A stretch of 64,000 nucleotides of DNA from Flectonema sp. DT1601 (taxonomy: Eukaryota). Below, one piece after another: positions 34,840 to 47,727 of this stretch. The notes under the pieces were generated by a model that saw only the letters and a list, made by a program, of their open reading frames with translations, made no database searches and was not told the DNA's origin. The DNA lies in the NCBI GenBank assembly GCA_964019425.1, contig OZ025780.1:930001-994000 (forward strand). Direction: 5' to 3'. Made by a program: the position numbers and the translations under genes. Position 1 is the stretch's first letter; every line of letters begins with the position of its first letter.

Positions 34840-37365
34840 TATATTCTTTTTATTTATTTTAAAGAAAAAAAACAATCAGTTTAGCGTCTTGACCAGGACG
34901 GAAAATAGAAATTAGTCGACAAAGTCGATCGATAAAAAAAAAAACAATGATAACATTGTTTATTCTTTTTTTTTTTATATTCTTTTTATTAATTTTTTAA
35001 AAAAAAAACAATCAGTTTAGCGTCTTGACCAGGACGGAAAATAGAAATTAATCGACAGAGTCGATCGATAAAAAAAACAATGATAACATTGTTTATTCTT
35101 TTTTTTTATTTTTTTAATATTCTTTTTATTAATTTTAAAAAAAAAAAACAATCAGTTTAGCGTCTTGACCAGGACGGAAAATAGAAATTAGTCGACAAAG
35201 TCGATCGATAAAAAAAAAAAAAAAACAATGCTAACAATGTTTATTCTTTTTTTTTTATATTCTTTTTATTAATTTTTTTAACCCATTACGGACGGGGGTA
35301 AAACCCGGTTTTTTGACTTTTTTTGAAAAAAGAGCTAACGGGGAAAAGGGGTAGGGGGGCTCGGAAAGGTTATGTGACAAAGTGAACTGCCATTGCCTGC
35401 CCGTTAATACACACACATTCACCACCTAAAGGGTGAACAGAACAAATGAAAACACCACCAAAGACAAAAATAAGCTCAGTTCTTATGACTCCCTGCGCCT
35501 CTTCAATTTTGATGTTGTTGTGAGTGCAGGGGTCTTCCCCTTCGTACATTCTTCCCGGATAGCACCTCCCGACACAGAGGTGGTGGTATGGGACGCAAAT
35601 GTTCTCCCCTTTGTAAGATTTAAGTGGTATTTGCCAAAACAGGGTGCAGGACACATAAAAACCTTACACCCCTGGCATCCATAAGTAGTCCTCACTCGAG
35701 TATTGTGATACTTACATTGTTTAGCAGCGCCAAATATTGATGGATAGTGCTCAGTGGTGCTGAACATGTGTGAAAAGTGCGAACCCGAGTCAATAGTAGA
35801 TGTAGTAATGGTTGTCTTGTCTCTCGACGTCCCGTCACTGACGAGTTGCATAGCGAGCTCCTCTACATACCGTATGTAGGTACCAGTATCCTTACCGCAT
35901 TTCTTTTGAAGGGTAAACGTGTTGAACATTGAAACTTTCAGCAAGTAGTCGAAAACCTTTAGATGCCATCGTTTAGTTTGAAGGTTTCTGTTCGCCCTTC
36001 CCTTCACGCTATCCATCAGGTTAACACCTCCCATCGTTTTGGTGTACCTGTCTACTTGCACGGTAGTTTGATCGGCACTTTTTCTTTTTTATTTCTCTTC
36101 CTAATCCAGCGATATACATCGACACAGTGCTCACGTAAGGGAAGAGTACTGAAAAGATGCACATCCTTTGAGTCTCTCCACTTTATATGGTGGATGCCGT
36201 GCTTGACTGAAGGTAAGAAGTAGAAAGATTCTTCGGTCTTTCTTTCACTTCCGATTTGCTTAGTCGTCCCGGTCCAGGGGTAGCCTTCGGTTTTGTAACA
36301 TCAACAGAACTCCCTTTCTGTTCCGTCAGGCTGTTCCAACACAGTGGAACCCTTTCGCTAACATCAAAACAAGAAATGCGTATGACGGATTGAAATTGTC
36401 AAACGTCACCCAATGCCCTTTATTATTATGGGGTTTAACAAGACTATGAACATAAGAAGCAGGAATGTGTTTGTTAGCAGTGTGGAAATTACGGAGAAAG
36501 CATTTCAGTTCACCAACTTCTAGTGACTTCATGGACGTCTCTTTGTCAATCGGGTAGGCAAGAGTGTGTCGAAATATCATTTTAAGCACATGATCAGTGA
36601 AAATGAGTTGGATGCCTTCAATTCGCTCATTTCATTAAAGTCGCTCACACTCTGGGTAGGTCCTTTCCGTTTTCCCCTGGGGATTCTCTTGGTTTTGCCC
36701 CCCCACTTTAATACCTTTGCTGTGTTGCTGTCAGATGACGACTCCGATACAGAATCCATCATCATCAGACTTTCATAGGACGCCGAACTTGTATCAATTT
36801 CAACAGGCACGAAACTTCTTGTTAGGTGGTAAAATTTCGATTATTAGTTTTGAATTTCATGAATAAAAACACAGCGAATCACGCCATCCCACCCAAGATT
36901 CGTCGCGAAACGGCCTCGATTACACCCCCCCTGGGTAGCGTTAGCCGGATGATACAACACAGTTGTAATTTTTACAAAATCGAACATACATCCCCCCTGG
37001 GTAGCGTTAGCCGGGTTTTCCCCTTAGCGAAAATAAAATTTCAAAATAACCACTATAGTGGACCCCCCGTCCTTAATGGGTTAAAAAAAAAAACAATCAG
37101 TTTAGCTTCTTGACCAGGACGGAAAATAGAAAGTAATCGACATAGTCGATCGATAAAAAAACAATGATATCATTGTTTATTCTTTTTTTTTTTATATATT
37201 TTTTTATTTTTTATATTCTTTTTATTTATTTTTAAAAAAAAAACAATCAGTTTAGCGTCTTGACCAAGACGGAAAATAGAAATTAATCGACATAGTCGAT
37301 CGATAAAAAAACAATGATAACATTGTTTAATCTTTTTTTTTTTTTTTATATTCTTTTTATTTATG
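34840..37365 (-). repeat. Family A satellite array, minus orientation, interrupted by piggyBac
   Basis: Units at 34840-35281 and 37081-37365. Confidence 0.9.
35282..37080 (-). mobile_element. piggyBac DNA transposon (1799 bp) with decayed transposase
   Basis: TTAA|CCCATTACGGACGGGGG ... CCCCCCGTCCTTAATGGG|TTAA. ORF pieces 36810-35483 contain VTFDNF, YTKTMGGVNLMD, KRWHLKVFDYLL and the C-terminal Cys-rich domain. Confidence 0.95.
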
Positions 37366-37628
37366 TAATGAACAGTTCAATCTTCCTGGAAAATGTACTT
37401 TTTCCAGGAAGTCTTACTGTGGGACTTCTCTTGTTGTTGTAAATTTCCCATCCGCCTGAGGGAATCCATAAACCGCGGTCTTTACACTGCTGCCAGTGTG
37501 TTTATGGCCTTCGTCGCTGTTGGAAGTCCCCTCACCGCTCTATGGCATCAACATGCCATAGAGCGGCAAGTGATTAATGGACCATAGCTAAGCCTTGGGA
37601 ACACAGATTGGGGTTTAGACTAAAAAAG

Positions 37629-38006
37629 TTATCGCCATGGCTTTCTTGTAAGAGCTGGCATCAAGCCTGTTTTCTGTGGCGTTTGCATCTTGTAGCACTT
37701 TAGGGGCGTCGGTGTTGCTGTAACCCTCCGAAGCTTCTCCTTCTGCAACTTCCGAGGGAGCAACACTGTCTTTTCTGTCTTTTCCCTTGACTGTTTGGTG
37801 TCATCGGGGGTCGTCTGTTGAAGTAATGGAGTCTGTAGTTGTTCGTGAGACTCTGAAGGTGCATCTGCTTGACGTTTTGGAGTGTCAAACAAGCATCTTC
37901 TGTTTCTTCTGTTTACATCGCTTGTCTCTTCATCTGGTATTGCCGTGCGCTTCCCGTTCTCATTTGGAAAGTCTGTCGGGTGACTTGTGTCTAAGAAGCG
38001 ATTCAC
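37629..38006 (-). CDS. Hypothetical basic, TP-rich protein (125 aa), possibly the ORF end of a distant family A relative
   Basis: The ORF stop is immediately followed by the GTCTAAACCCCAATC..GTTCCCAAGGCTT motif that lies downstream of the family A ORF; similar composition but no clear alignment. Confidence 0.35.
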   Translation of the reverse strand: MNRFLDTSHPTDFPNENGKRTAIPDEETSDVNRRNRRCLFDTPKRQADAPSESHEQLQTPLLQQTTPDDTKQSREKTEKTVLLPRKLQKEKLRRVTATPTPLKCYKMQTPQKTGLMPALTRKPWR

Positions 38007-38040
38007 GTTACCAGATTACATAGTCCACTTCGATGTATGA

Positions 38041-39600
38041 CACGGGTTTCCCAATGGACTTGGCTGCCTCGGTCGCACCGCCCTTCCGCTGGTAAACTTG
38101 AGGGGAAAACTGATGGCTGAAAGTGATAAGATGTTGAAGTGGGTTGAGGCACCACCTGGTTGTGGCAAGACATCTGTCTCCCTTATCCTCGAACAGGAAA
38201 ATGGATACAAGCGCTACTCATGTGAACTGAACGATAACCTAAATATTCTTGTCGAACCACCTGACTTCCTGGTCATCGACGAGGCACAACGATTGTTCAT
38301 CAATGGGATGACAAAACTCCGCGATGCTCTGATTGGAAAAAAGATGAAGAGTGTCATTTGTCTTGGGATAAGTGGTTTTCAACTACGTTGTCCAGCATGT
38401 ACTGCTATTGAGGGCTTTCTATGCGCAAAGTGTCATAAATTCAAGTGCTGTATTCGGGAGGACGAAGAATTGGCGTGTCGGACCCATGAGTGGGTTGAGA
38501 TGGCTTCTATGACCCTTGCTGATGTATCCACTAGCTTTACAGTTGATGAGCTGATTGCACCCCATGAGGAATGCGAGAAATATATAAAGTTAGTGGAAGG
38601 AGATACCCGAAATCCGGCTGTAGTTGATCAGTCTTCTGGAGTTTCTAGAATGCTTCGCGAATTGACGGGTGGTATTGTTGGGCTTGTCGTTGCGGTATTG
38701 AATTTCGCATGTCAAGAATTGCGCACAACATCTGAGCGACATCAGCTAAGCCCAGAATGGCTGGAAAACCTTGTGCTAAACAGGTAAGCTTTTGCAGAAA
38801 TTATCCACCATACGCCTTATCAACCTGAGTAACTTCGGATTGCCTCACACAGAACTATTGGGCCGTCTCTTGTGCCATCCAGGTGTGGAGGCTGTTGACA
38901 GTACATTCTACAACGGTAGTATGCGAAAAAGGTCGATTCTTGATGCTGGTTTTAATTTTAGGTCACCCATCCACAGACAACTAGCAGAGAAAGCAGTACT
39001 TAGCTGCAAAAATACCTGGTCCTTCACCAACCCAATTCTGTGCGTTAGATACCTCCTTGCAGGTCTTTCTATTGACGTAATCAAAGCCAGAAGTGAGGAT
39101 CGCATTAATATGCCTTCGCTGAGCAGTTGAAGAAGGTAGCAAGCACGCACAATTACAAGTACGAACCGTTTGCACATGCTGCAAGAGGACACAAACCCGA
39201 CCATGTTCTGATGATGCCAAATGCTTCTGCTGTTATCCTTGAGACAATGCGATGGAGGAGCGCAGATGAATCAGAGAAAAACATGTCAAACAGTAAAAAT
39301 ATCGTGGTGGAGCATATTGGGCGTTTTCTTGGCAATGAGTATAGAAATAGTGAGCCAATTATCAAAGGAATCATCGTCAACATCGTTCATGGTGTCACAG
39401 TTCAGCAGATTATTGATGAAACAGGTAAGAAGGTCACAATCTTGTTGACACAGATTACTAGTAAGTTTCCAACAGGTTTGCTATCGGGCCTTCAATTATT
39501 CCTGGTTGAAGTGCAACACGTGAATAGTAGCTTGAAGTTTGTCATCTATGAAGCTCACTTTGGGGATGACAGACAATGTAAATTCTGTAAATGCGAGTAG
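38041..39600 (+). pseudogene. P-loop NTPase with possible C-terminal PD-(D/E)xK nuclease (Crinkler/RHS-like architecture), frameshifted
   Basis: Walker A APPGCGKTS, Walker B FLVIDEAQ, Cys cluster, later KPDHVL..VILETMR. Three ORFs joined by a +1 shift (~38785) and a -1 shift (~39118). Confidence 0.55.
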
Positions 39601-40126
39601 ACATAATAAAGACTCACAGCCTTTGCGATGCAACTCGTGTAGGAACGAATCCCCACACCGTACGAATTCAACACCATGTTCCTTAATAATATTTTGATGA
39701 AAGGAAATAAGTTATAGAAAATATGAATCTTGCCTACCTACCCATCTATATTGATGTATATATTTATCACCTTCAGTTATTTATATTTAGTCTGACCATC
39801 TCCTCAGCTTCCTCTTTTTGTCTTTCTACTATAATGTGTTTGTTTATTCCTTTGGTGTACTCGTTGTAAGTACTTCCACATTCACATTCAGTCTTTAATT
39901 TTAATTTTTTGATTCTAAAATAGAAATCTAATTGATATTAAATCGCCTAAACGAAGTAGAAAGTGAACTCAAGAGATGTGATGAAGCAGGAGGGGAGTGA
40001 TAGTAAAAGGAGATCACTGTGGAAGAATGATTCTTGTCCCTAACAAGGAAAAAAACTTTTTACATCTAAGTACATAAAAACTCTTATATTCCTAAACAGC
40101 CTCTTTCAGAAAACTCTATATGACTG

Positions 40127-43100
40127 ATGACTGACGGCCAAGATCATGATGACTCCGGGAACATCACAGTATCCACTGACAAGTCGTTGAATGGTAAGAA
40201 TGGAGCTGTTACTAACTTTATTACTACTTCGAAGTATACACTACTCAACTTCCTGCCGCTTAATATGTTTCAACAAGTATGTCTTCATTCTGTCAATTTA
40301 ATTATTTTCTTTTTTTTGATATAATGAAACAAACCAAAACCAGTTTCGAAAACCGAGTAATATTTATTTTGCTATAAATATGATCATTGCTCTGATTCCT
40401 GACATCAGTCCAATTAGTCCGGCAACAGCCATTATGCCTCTCATTATTGTAGTAGCAGTGGCAGCGATAAAAGACGGGTTAGAAGATTATTATAGACACA
40501 AGGCAGATAAAGAATGGAATTCAGCACCTGGAAAGTATGACTCCAGCGGTAATTCTTCAAGTGGGGTCATATCAAATGGAAAGGTTGACGCTGATGTCTT
40601 AAGTAAAGATGTTAAAGTTGGGGACATGATAAAATTAGTTCGGGGAGAAACCGTGAGAGCTGATGTTCTTTTACTCGCTTCATCTGATCTTGACGAGCAC
40701 ACAGCACACATCCAAACTATGCAGTTGGATGGAGAAACAAACGCTAAAGGAAGACAAGCAATGGCTACGAAGATTCCTGGTGCAGGAGGAGCTCATCGCA
40801 ATTTAACTCATGATTTGATTACACCTGAAGCATGTTCTGCTGCGCGTTTAGATGTTGATACGGTTCAACCATCAGCCGACCTTCACCAGTGGTCAGGAAA
40901 ACTAACATACAAAGGTGTTTCTGAGGGTGTTGGTATTGAGCAATTCTTATTCAGAGGTTGTGTAGTGGTAAACACTGCTTGGGTATATGGTCTTGTTGTA
41001 TACACTGGTATGAATACCAAGATGCAAAAAAATAACAAACCGAAAGTCCCGAAGAAGTCACAGCTCGACAGAAAGTTGACAAAAATGATAGTTTTGGTCT
41101 TCTTCATTCAGCAATTGGTCATCTTTTTGATGTGCGCGTTGGCAGTTGTTCATCAAGTTGATAATGTTGGAAGCGCATGGTACATCTTGACTTACTTACA
41201 AGAGCGTAAGAATGTTGAATTATTCTTTTGGAGGTACGGAACTTACTTCATCCTCGTCAGTTTTATGATTCCAATTTCTCTCTTTGTAACTATCGAGTTC
41301 ACTAAAGCTATCCAAGCCCAACTCATGAAGTACGACAAGCAAATGGAAACAACACTTCTTGACGCCAATGGAGAAGAAATTGGTAGCGATCCAGTCTGCT
41401 GTGAACCCCGTTCGTCAGATTTGAATGAGCAGTTGGCTATCGTAAAATACATTTTTTCGGACAAGACTGGAACCCTTACTGAAAACAGAATGCAGTTTCA
41501 TACCGGGGAGATTGCGAACCCGGAACAAGCATCAGGTCCAAAGAATTCCGGTATCACATACGAGCATCGTGATGCAGAAGATGAAAAGACTATTAACCCA
41601 ATGTTAAGGGAATACCTTGAGCAAACTTGCAGAGGTTCTAATGGTGCAGACCCACCAGGTCCCCAAGATAAGCGTCATACTGACAGGTGTAGTAGTACTC
41701 TTTGGTATCTTATGAACTTAGCGATGTGCCACGAACTTACAATTTTACAAAACGAGGATGACAGTGTTCCTTCGAAGGAACCATCCACTCCAACTTACCA
41801 AGGGGCTTCTCCGGATGAAGTCGCATTGGCCGCCGCGGCGCAGAGCTGCGGTGTGGAATTCATTAGTCGGACAAGCGGCACACTTGCTATTAGCATTTTG
41901 GGCAAAACACACCTGTATCGCATTATTGACACTTTGAAATTCACTTCTAAGAGAAAAATGATGTCAATTGTGTTGGAGGGTCCCTGCACCCAGAGCGATG
42001 GTCAGATTCGACCTATTCCGAAGCTCAGTTCTCGTTTTTGCCTCACGAAGGGAGCTGACTCTGTCATGTTAGATAATTGCGCTGGTGCGGTTACTGCTGA
42101 AAAGGACGCTAAAGGACGTACTGTCATGGTTAAGAAGAATAACAGAAAACCAGATCCGTGGTATACTGATGTCTATCAGGATCGACTTCAAAATGAACTG
42201 AACAAATTAGGAGGAGTTGGGTTGCGAACACTTGTACTCGCTTACAAACCTTTACCTGATGATGGTTGGTTTAATAAGTGGCACAGTACTTACTCTGAGG
42301 CTCAGAAATTAGTAAATCCGGATGCCCGATCATCTGCCATGGAAGAGAGCTGGTCTGAAATGGAAAAAGACTTCTACGCTGTTGGAGCCACCGCTATTGA
42401 AGATAAGCTGCAGGATAAGGTACCGGAAACAGTTGATTTTTTAATTCGTGCCGGGGTAGTGATTTGGATGCTTACAGGTGACAAGCAGGAAACTGCCGAA
42501 ACTATCGCTGGAACAGCTCGTTTAATAGACAAACAATCATGGCAACTGTGTTACTTAAAGGCACAACCCCCACTCCTCTGTACCCCTGATGCTTCCCTTC
42601 CTCCCGATGAAGCCCGTGTTCGTCTTGCAAACTGCGAAGCCTGGGTTATCGGACTGGCGTTCCCTAATAATGTATTCATTTTGTTTTATTTTCTTATGGA
42701 AACCCCCCTTGTTGTAAACAGTTTCTTAATCACACTTCACAATAAAAAAAACAGCCTCCTCCCGCCTCTGTTGCAGCAGATTCTTATGATGCCCACAAGC
42801 AAGGTCAGGCTACTGGAAAGGTGTGTATCGAACTCTATTCTGATGTGGATGGTTATGGTCTGGATTGACAACTAAAATAACAAACAAACACAGGAGTGTT
42901 TCCTACAACTCGCCCTTGAACAATCTCAAAAGGCACGCATTGCTGGTAGGAAGTGCGGATTAGTGACAGACGGTGCTACCTTAGGAGTTATCACCCCTCC
43001 AGGTATCCAGGGAATCAAAAGCCCGGATGCGTTGGCAGCTGTTGAGAAGATGTGGAGCGATTTCATTGAATTATCGCAATTGGTGAACTCTGGTGTTCTG

Positions 43101-44297
43101 TGCAGACTTACTCCTGAACAAAAGGTTCGTATATATTTTTCTTCATTCTTTTAAAAAGTCAACGAGGTGAAGGTTGGCTCTACTCATATTTTAATCTACT
43201 ATTGAGAACTTAATCAACGAATAAAAAAAAAAATAAAAAAACAGGGTAAGATTGTAAAAGTCTTCCAGGAAACAACGGGTGAAACCGCTCTCGCCATCGG
43301 TGATGGTGCCAACGATGTCCCGATGATTAACGTGTGTTCTTTTTTTTCTTTCATGTTAGTTATGTTAAGCAACTCAGTTTAAAAAAGACAAAACCATCAA
43401 CAGGAGTCCTTCGTTGGTATTGGTATCATGGGACTAGAGGGATCACAGGCAGTGTTGGCTTCCGATTACGCAATCCCCCGTTTTAAGCATCTAAGACGTT
43501 TGGTGACGGTTCACGGAAGGTACGCACTATACCGAAATTCTCTCTGCATTATGTTTTCTTTCTATAAGAACTTCGTGTTGGCATTTTTACAAATTTGTTA
43601 CTCTTTTGTGTGCGCATATAGTGGACAAACTCTATTTGATTCTTACTTATTGGTGTTTCAAAATATTGCTTTTACGAGTATACCTCCATTGTTTGTTGGA
43701 ATATTTGAAAAGGATGTCCATGAAGACATGTGTGAGTCCATCCCACTGTTATACGGTGAGCTACGAGGAGGTGTATACTACGACAAGAAGACGATTGCTA
43801 TGTGGTTTGGAGAAGCAATCTTTCACAGTGGGTTGTTATTCTACCTGACTTACAGTACTCAACGAAACGACGATATTGGAGGCGACACTGGTCGAACTAT
43901 CGACCTGCTAGCTCACGGTGCTGTAATTCTTTCGTGTCAAATCTTTTCTGTTTTGGCAAAAATAGCCGTCCATATTAGGTGTTGGAATTGGTTCCAGTTT
44001 GCTGGGATTTGGTTCTCAGTTCTTCTGGTGTTCTTCTGCCTGTTGGTGTATTCAAAGATTGAAATTATATTTTCTGCTTCGTATTTCTATGATACAGGAT
44101 TCTATATTCTCGCTGATGTGAAGTATTGGTTTTGGTCGTTCTTCTTCGTCATTGGAATGATATTAGCCATCGACATCCCTCTGATGTATATTCAAAAACA
44201 ATACTTTCCGACTACTAGAGATCTCGCTCAACGCTTGCACACAAGAAAAATTGCTCTCACAAAACACAAGAAGGCAGAAGACCGTTTGGGAATGTAG
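40127..44297 (+). CDS. P4-type ATPase (phospholipid flippase); exons 40127-40276, 40344-42671, 42755-42820, 42894-43124, 43245-43331, 43404-44297
   Basis: Motifs TSKYT, LDGET, IPISL, DKTGTLT, SPDE, KGAD, LTGDK, AIGDGAND, SFYKN. Five GT-AG introns give one continuous frame. Confidence 0.96.
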
Positions 44298-46061
44298 TTC
44301 GTTTCGTCATTCTTAATCCTACAGAAGATTCTGTTGGATACTTCGAATGTACTGTGGTACCAATAAAATCTAGAACGAATTGGCTTCTTCTTTTCTTATG
44401 AGAGAAGAGAGTCGAAGGGGAAAAAAAAAAAATATAGTAAAACAATAAAGAAAAGAATTTCTTTTGCTCCGGAAAATTAGTTTCGTTTATATATTCGTTC
44501 TTCCCTTCACACCCCCTCCTTCCCTCTGCTCTCCCCCCGCTTCCTAACTAAAATCCGCCGGAATGTTCGTCTTGTATATAAGAAAAAAGGAATGAATGAA
44601 TGATTAGTCACCTCACCCTGCAACACCGGCATTCAGATGCAGAACCACATTGTTTTTGTCAGCCAGAGACGTTTAGCCCACAGAGATAAGAGATCTCCCT
44701 GTCCTTTCCATGCCCATCAGGAAGGCAAGGTTATTCATATTGTTTGTGTTTGTTAGGTGTTCAACAAAGTGAAAACTTGTTAAGGGGCAACTATTTAAAA
44801 AAAAAATCTTTTTTTTTCCCGGAAAAGAGGGATGTGACTTTTCTTCGAAAGCAAATAGCTACCTGGTCACGTCCGTAGTATTAAGATGTTTGTTTACTTG
44901 ATCGAGTGTATTCAGTTCTGTTGTAAATAATAAGACAACATTATTTTTACATTTTTTTTCAGCAAAAAGTTTGTGAGAGCGACCCTTTCTGAAGATTTGT
45001 ACTACTTCAAGTGTTGTAATCATTATCGTTGGTATCATCGATATGGGTACATTTGGTGTACACAAGACTAGGTTAATGTCGTTTCACTTGTAAGACAAAA
45101 TAGACAAAAAATAAAAAAATAAAAAATGGAAAGTCTCTCCATGTTTGTGCGGAATCTGAAAAAAATTGTGGACAAAAAAAAAAAAAACCATAAAACTTGC
45201 ATTCTTGCAAAAAAAGTTTTTGAGAAAAAGTCCGCAAATTTGCTTTTTGCAGTCTGGTACGCGTGTAGAAACAAGAGAACTCGTGTAGGAGTTTTTCTTC
45301 TTCTGTCTTCTTTATTTATTTTTCTTTTTAATCAGCAAATGCGAATTTTCTTTGTCTTTATTTGTCTTTGCTGTCCCCTCGAATGTCGTTGCAGCAGTTC
45401 CCTGCTGAGGATATAGTTCCTAATTATTGTTTAAAATACTAAAGTAAGACTTCTACAACTGAGGTCAATGGATGTTTTTTTTTATTTTTATTTTATTTTA
45501 TTTTTTTATTCTTGCTACACGAAGCTCTTTTTTATTTATTTTTGTTTTATTTTATTTTATGTTTCTCACCAATGTCGTCTGACTGTAGATTTCTTTTTTT
45601 TGCAATTTTATTAAGAAAATGGAAGTCGAAAAAAACAAACAAAAAACAAAGCCTAACTGATATCAATAATTGTTGTTGGAATGCACTTCTGTCGCAGATG
45701 ACCACCAACACTCGTCATTTCTTTGCATATGTGAAAAGGAAAAAAAAAAAAGGAAGGGGGGGTAATTTTTTTTTCTTCATTTTTTTTTCTATTATTTCTT
45801 CGATCTTCTCATCCCCTTATAGAAGTTGGTATTCTTGTAAAAAAAAAAAGAACAGAAAAAAAAAGAAACTCTTTCCGAAAGGATATATTGTCAAAAAAAA
45901 AAAAAAAAAGTTACCAAAAAATTGAGAGGATTCTTATTGATATTTTTTTTGTTAACTACTACTTTTTATCAGATGATGGGAGGGTAATTTTTCATATTCG
46001 TTCATAAATTATAAATTAATATTTTAAAAAAAACAGAGGGGTTATTTGATAGAAACCAACA

Positions 46062-47727
46062 ATGGAAACAATAATACTACTTCTGTTGACTACCTCGATA
46101 TCAAATAGTGAATTGCGAGTGACTCAACCATCTGAAAAGATCCAGGCACAGCTACAAGAGTGGGAAGGGAAAACAACCGGCTGTTGGATTAGCGCAGTCC
46201 GATCCCTTAGAGATGGATGCAATGAAGGTCAGATTCTAAGAGAAGATGATCGAAAAAAACTTGCTTTTATGTTTGCCTCATGTCAGTTGCAAGAGGACGG
46301 AATCGAACCTCAGAAAGATCCTGTAGAGATGGCGCTCAAAGCTAAAGATGGATACCCTCTCGTATATCAAATATATACTGAGTACCTCGTTAATGTTGAA
46401 GTTGTTTGCAACACATTGTCTCAAAGGATATTTCAAAAAGAAACTAGAAATGCAATGGAAGCCCTCAAAGATGCCTCTGTTACTCACTTAAAAGAACTAC
46501 AGGCAATGAAGACATCAATGTCTAATATAAAAGAGATGGCTAATATTATAAAGAGTGAACTGGAATCGAATCAAATTCAAATGTCGGATAACTTTTTAAA
46601 ACTACTACTGGAACAGGATAAGTTAAGTAGTGAATTCGACCGTCACAGTGATGAGATGAGTCAGGAATTCGATCACGTTGGAAAGCATATTTCGCAAAGC
46701 CATCAACGGCTATCTCATTTACAGGATCAAACAGCAAACGTTTCCGTCATGCTGATGAGCGTTGAAACATCAGCTTCGGCAATTAGACAAAATCAAGACA
46801 TCTTTCACTACTACTGGTCAACTGCTGATGACATGCTCAACGTGTTGAATCAAAGCGTCTCATCCATCGCTACTTTAATATTCATCACCTCAACATGTGT
46901 TTTATCATACATTCTAACATCTCCAGTTCGAACCCGTTCTGCTCGATTTCCTATGATGTTATCCTGCATATTGTGTTACCTAACTGAATCTCTGATATCA
47001 TCTTATGCGATACATGTTACACCTGTGGCACGATTAGAGATGATTTGGTTGATTAGGAAGTCTTATGTTATTTTAGCTCTTGGGTGTTTGCTGTACTTCG
47101 CAGTGAAATACGTCGAACCTGAGGTACAAATAGTCAGAAGGTTGAACGAGTTTGAGGGAAGGGTATGAATTTGTAATTTTTTAAAAAAAATGTTTTTTTT
47201 GATTGAGTGAATTTAAAAAAAAAAAAAAAAAAAAAAAACAGTTTTTTGAGCGAATCAAGAACGAACTTCGTGATAGAGTGAGGAGTATAAGTAGAGCACC
47301 AAGTAGAAGGAAGCCTGTCAGCAGATTGCCGTCTGTTGCTGCTGACGATGATGAAATTCATAGCGAGGTGGCATCTGTTAGAAGTGAAGTGGCATCTGTC
47401 AGAAGTAAATCTTTAAAGGAAAGATCTGTTTCTCCAACTCGCGCAGAAAGTCCTGAAGTTGTTCATCCGCAAGTATCCGTCAAAGAGGAAAGAACACCTC
47501 CAACACTTCCATTAACATGGACACCAACTACTTATAGTTCAAATTATTCTTCTTATCGTCGTGGTCTTAAAGAAGAAACGACACGACTTTCTGAATCTGT
47601 TGAGACAGTGCGGAGTGCTCAAAGTAGCTGTTCTCGGACGAGGTATGCTTCCGCATCACCTGCTGCATTTGAGGAGTTTGATAGAATGTTATTAGTATGT
47701 AGTGAAGTTGGGTCTGTTGACTTTTGA
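46062..47727 (+). CDS. GEX1: GEX1/KAR5/Brambleberry-family nuclear membrane fusion protein; exons 46062-47162, 47242-47727
   Basis: Signal peptide, Cys-rich domain CWISAVRSLRDGC..RKKLAFMFASCQL..YTEYLVNVEVVC, coiled coil, three hydrophobic helices, S/R-rich tail after an in-frame intron. Confidence 0.8.

Noticed and set aside
38784..38797. 14-nt GT-AG mini-intron in the NTPase gene
   Set aside because: Removing it does not join the two ORFs in frame; a 1-nt insertion explains the break.
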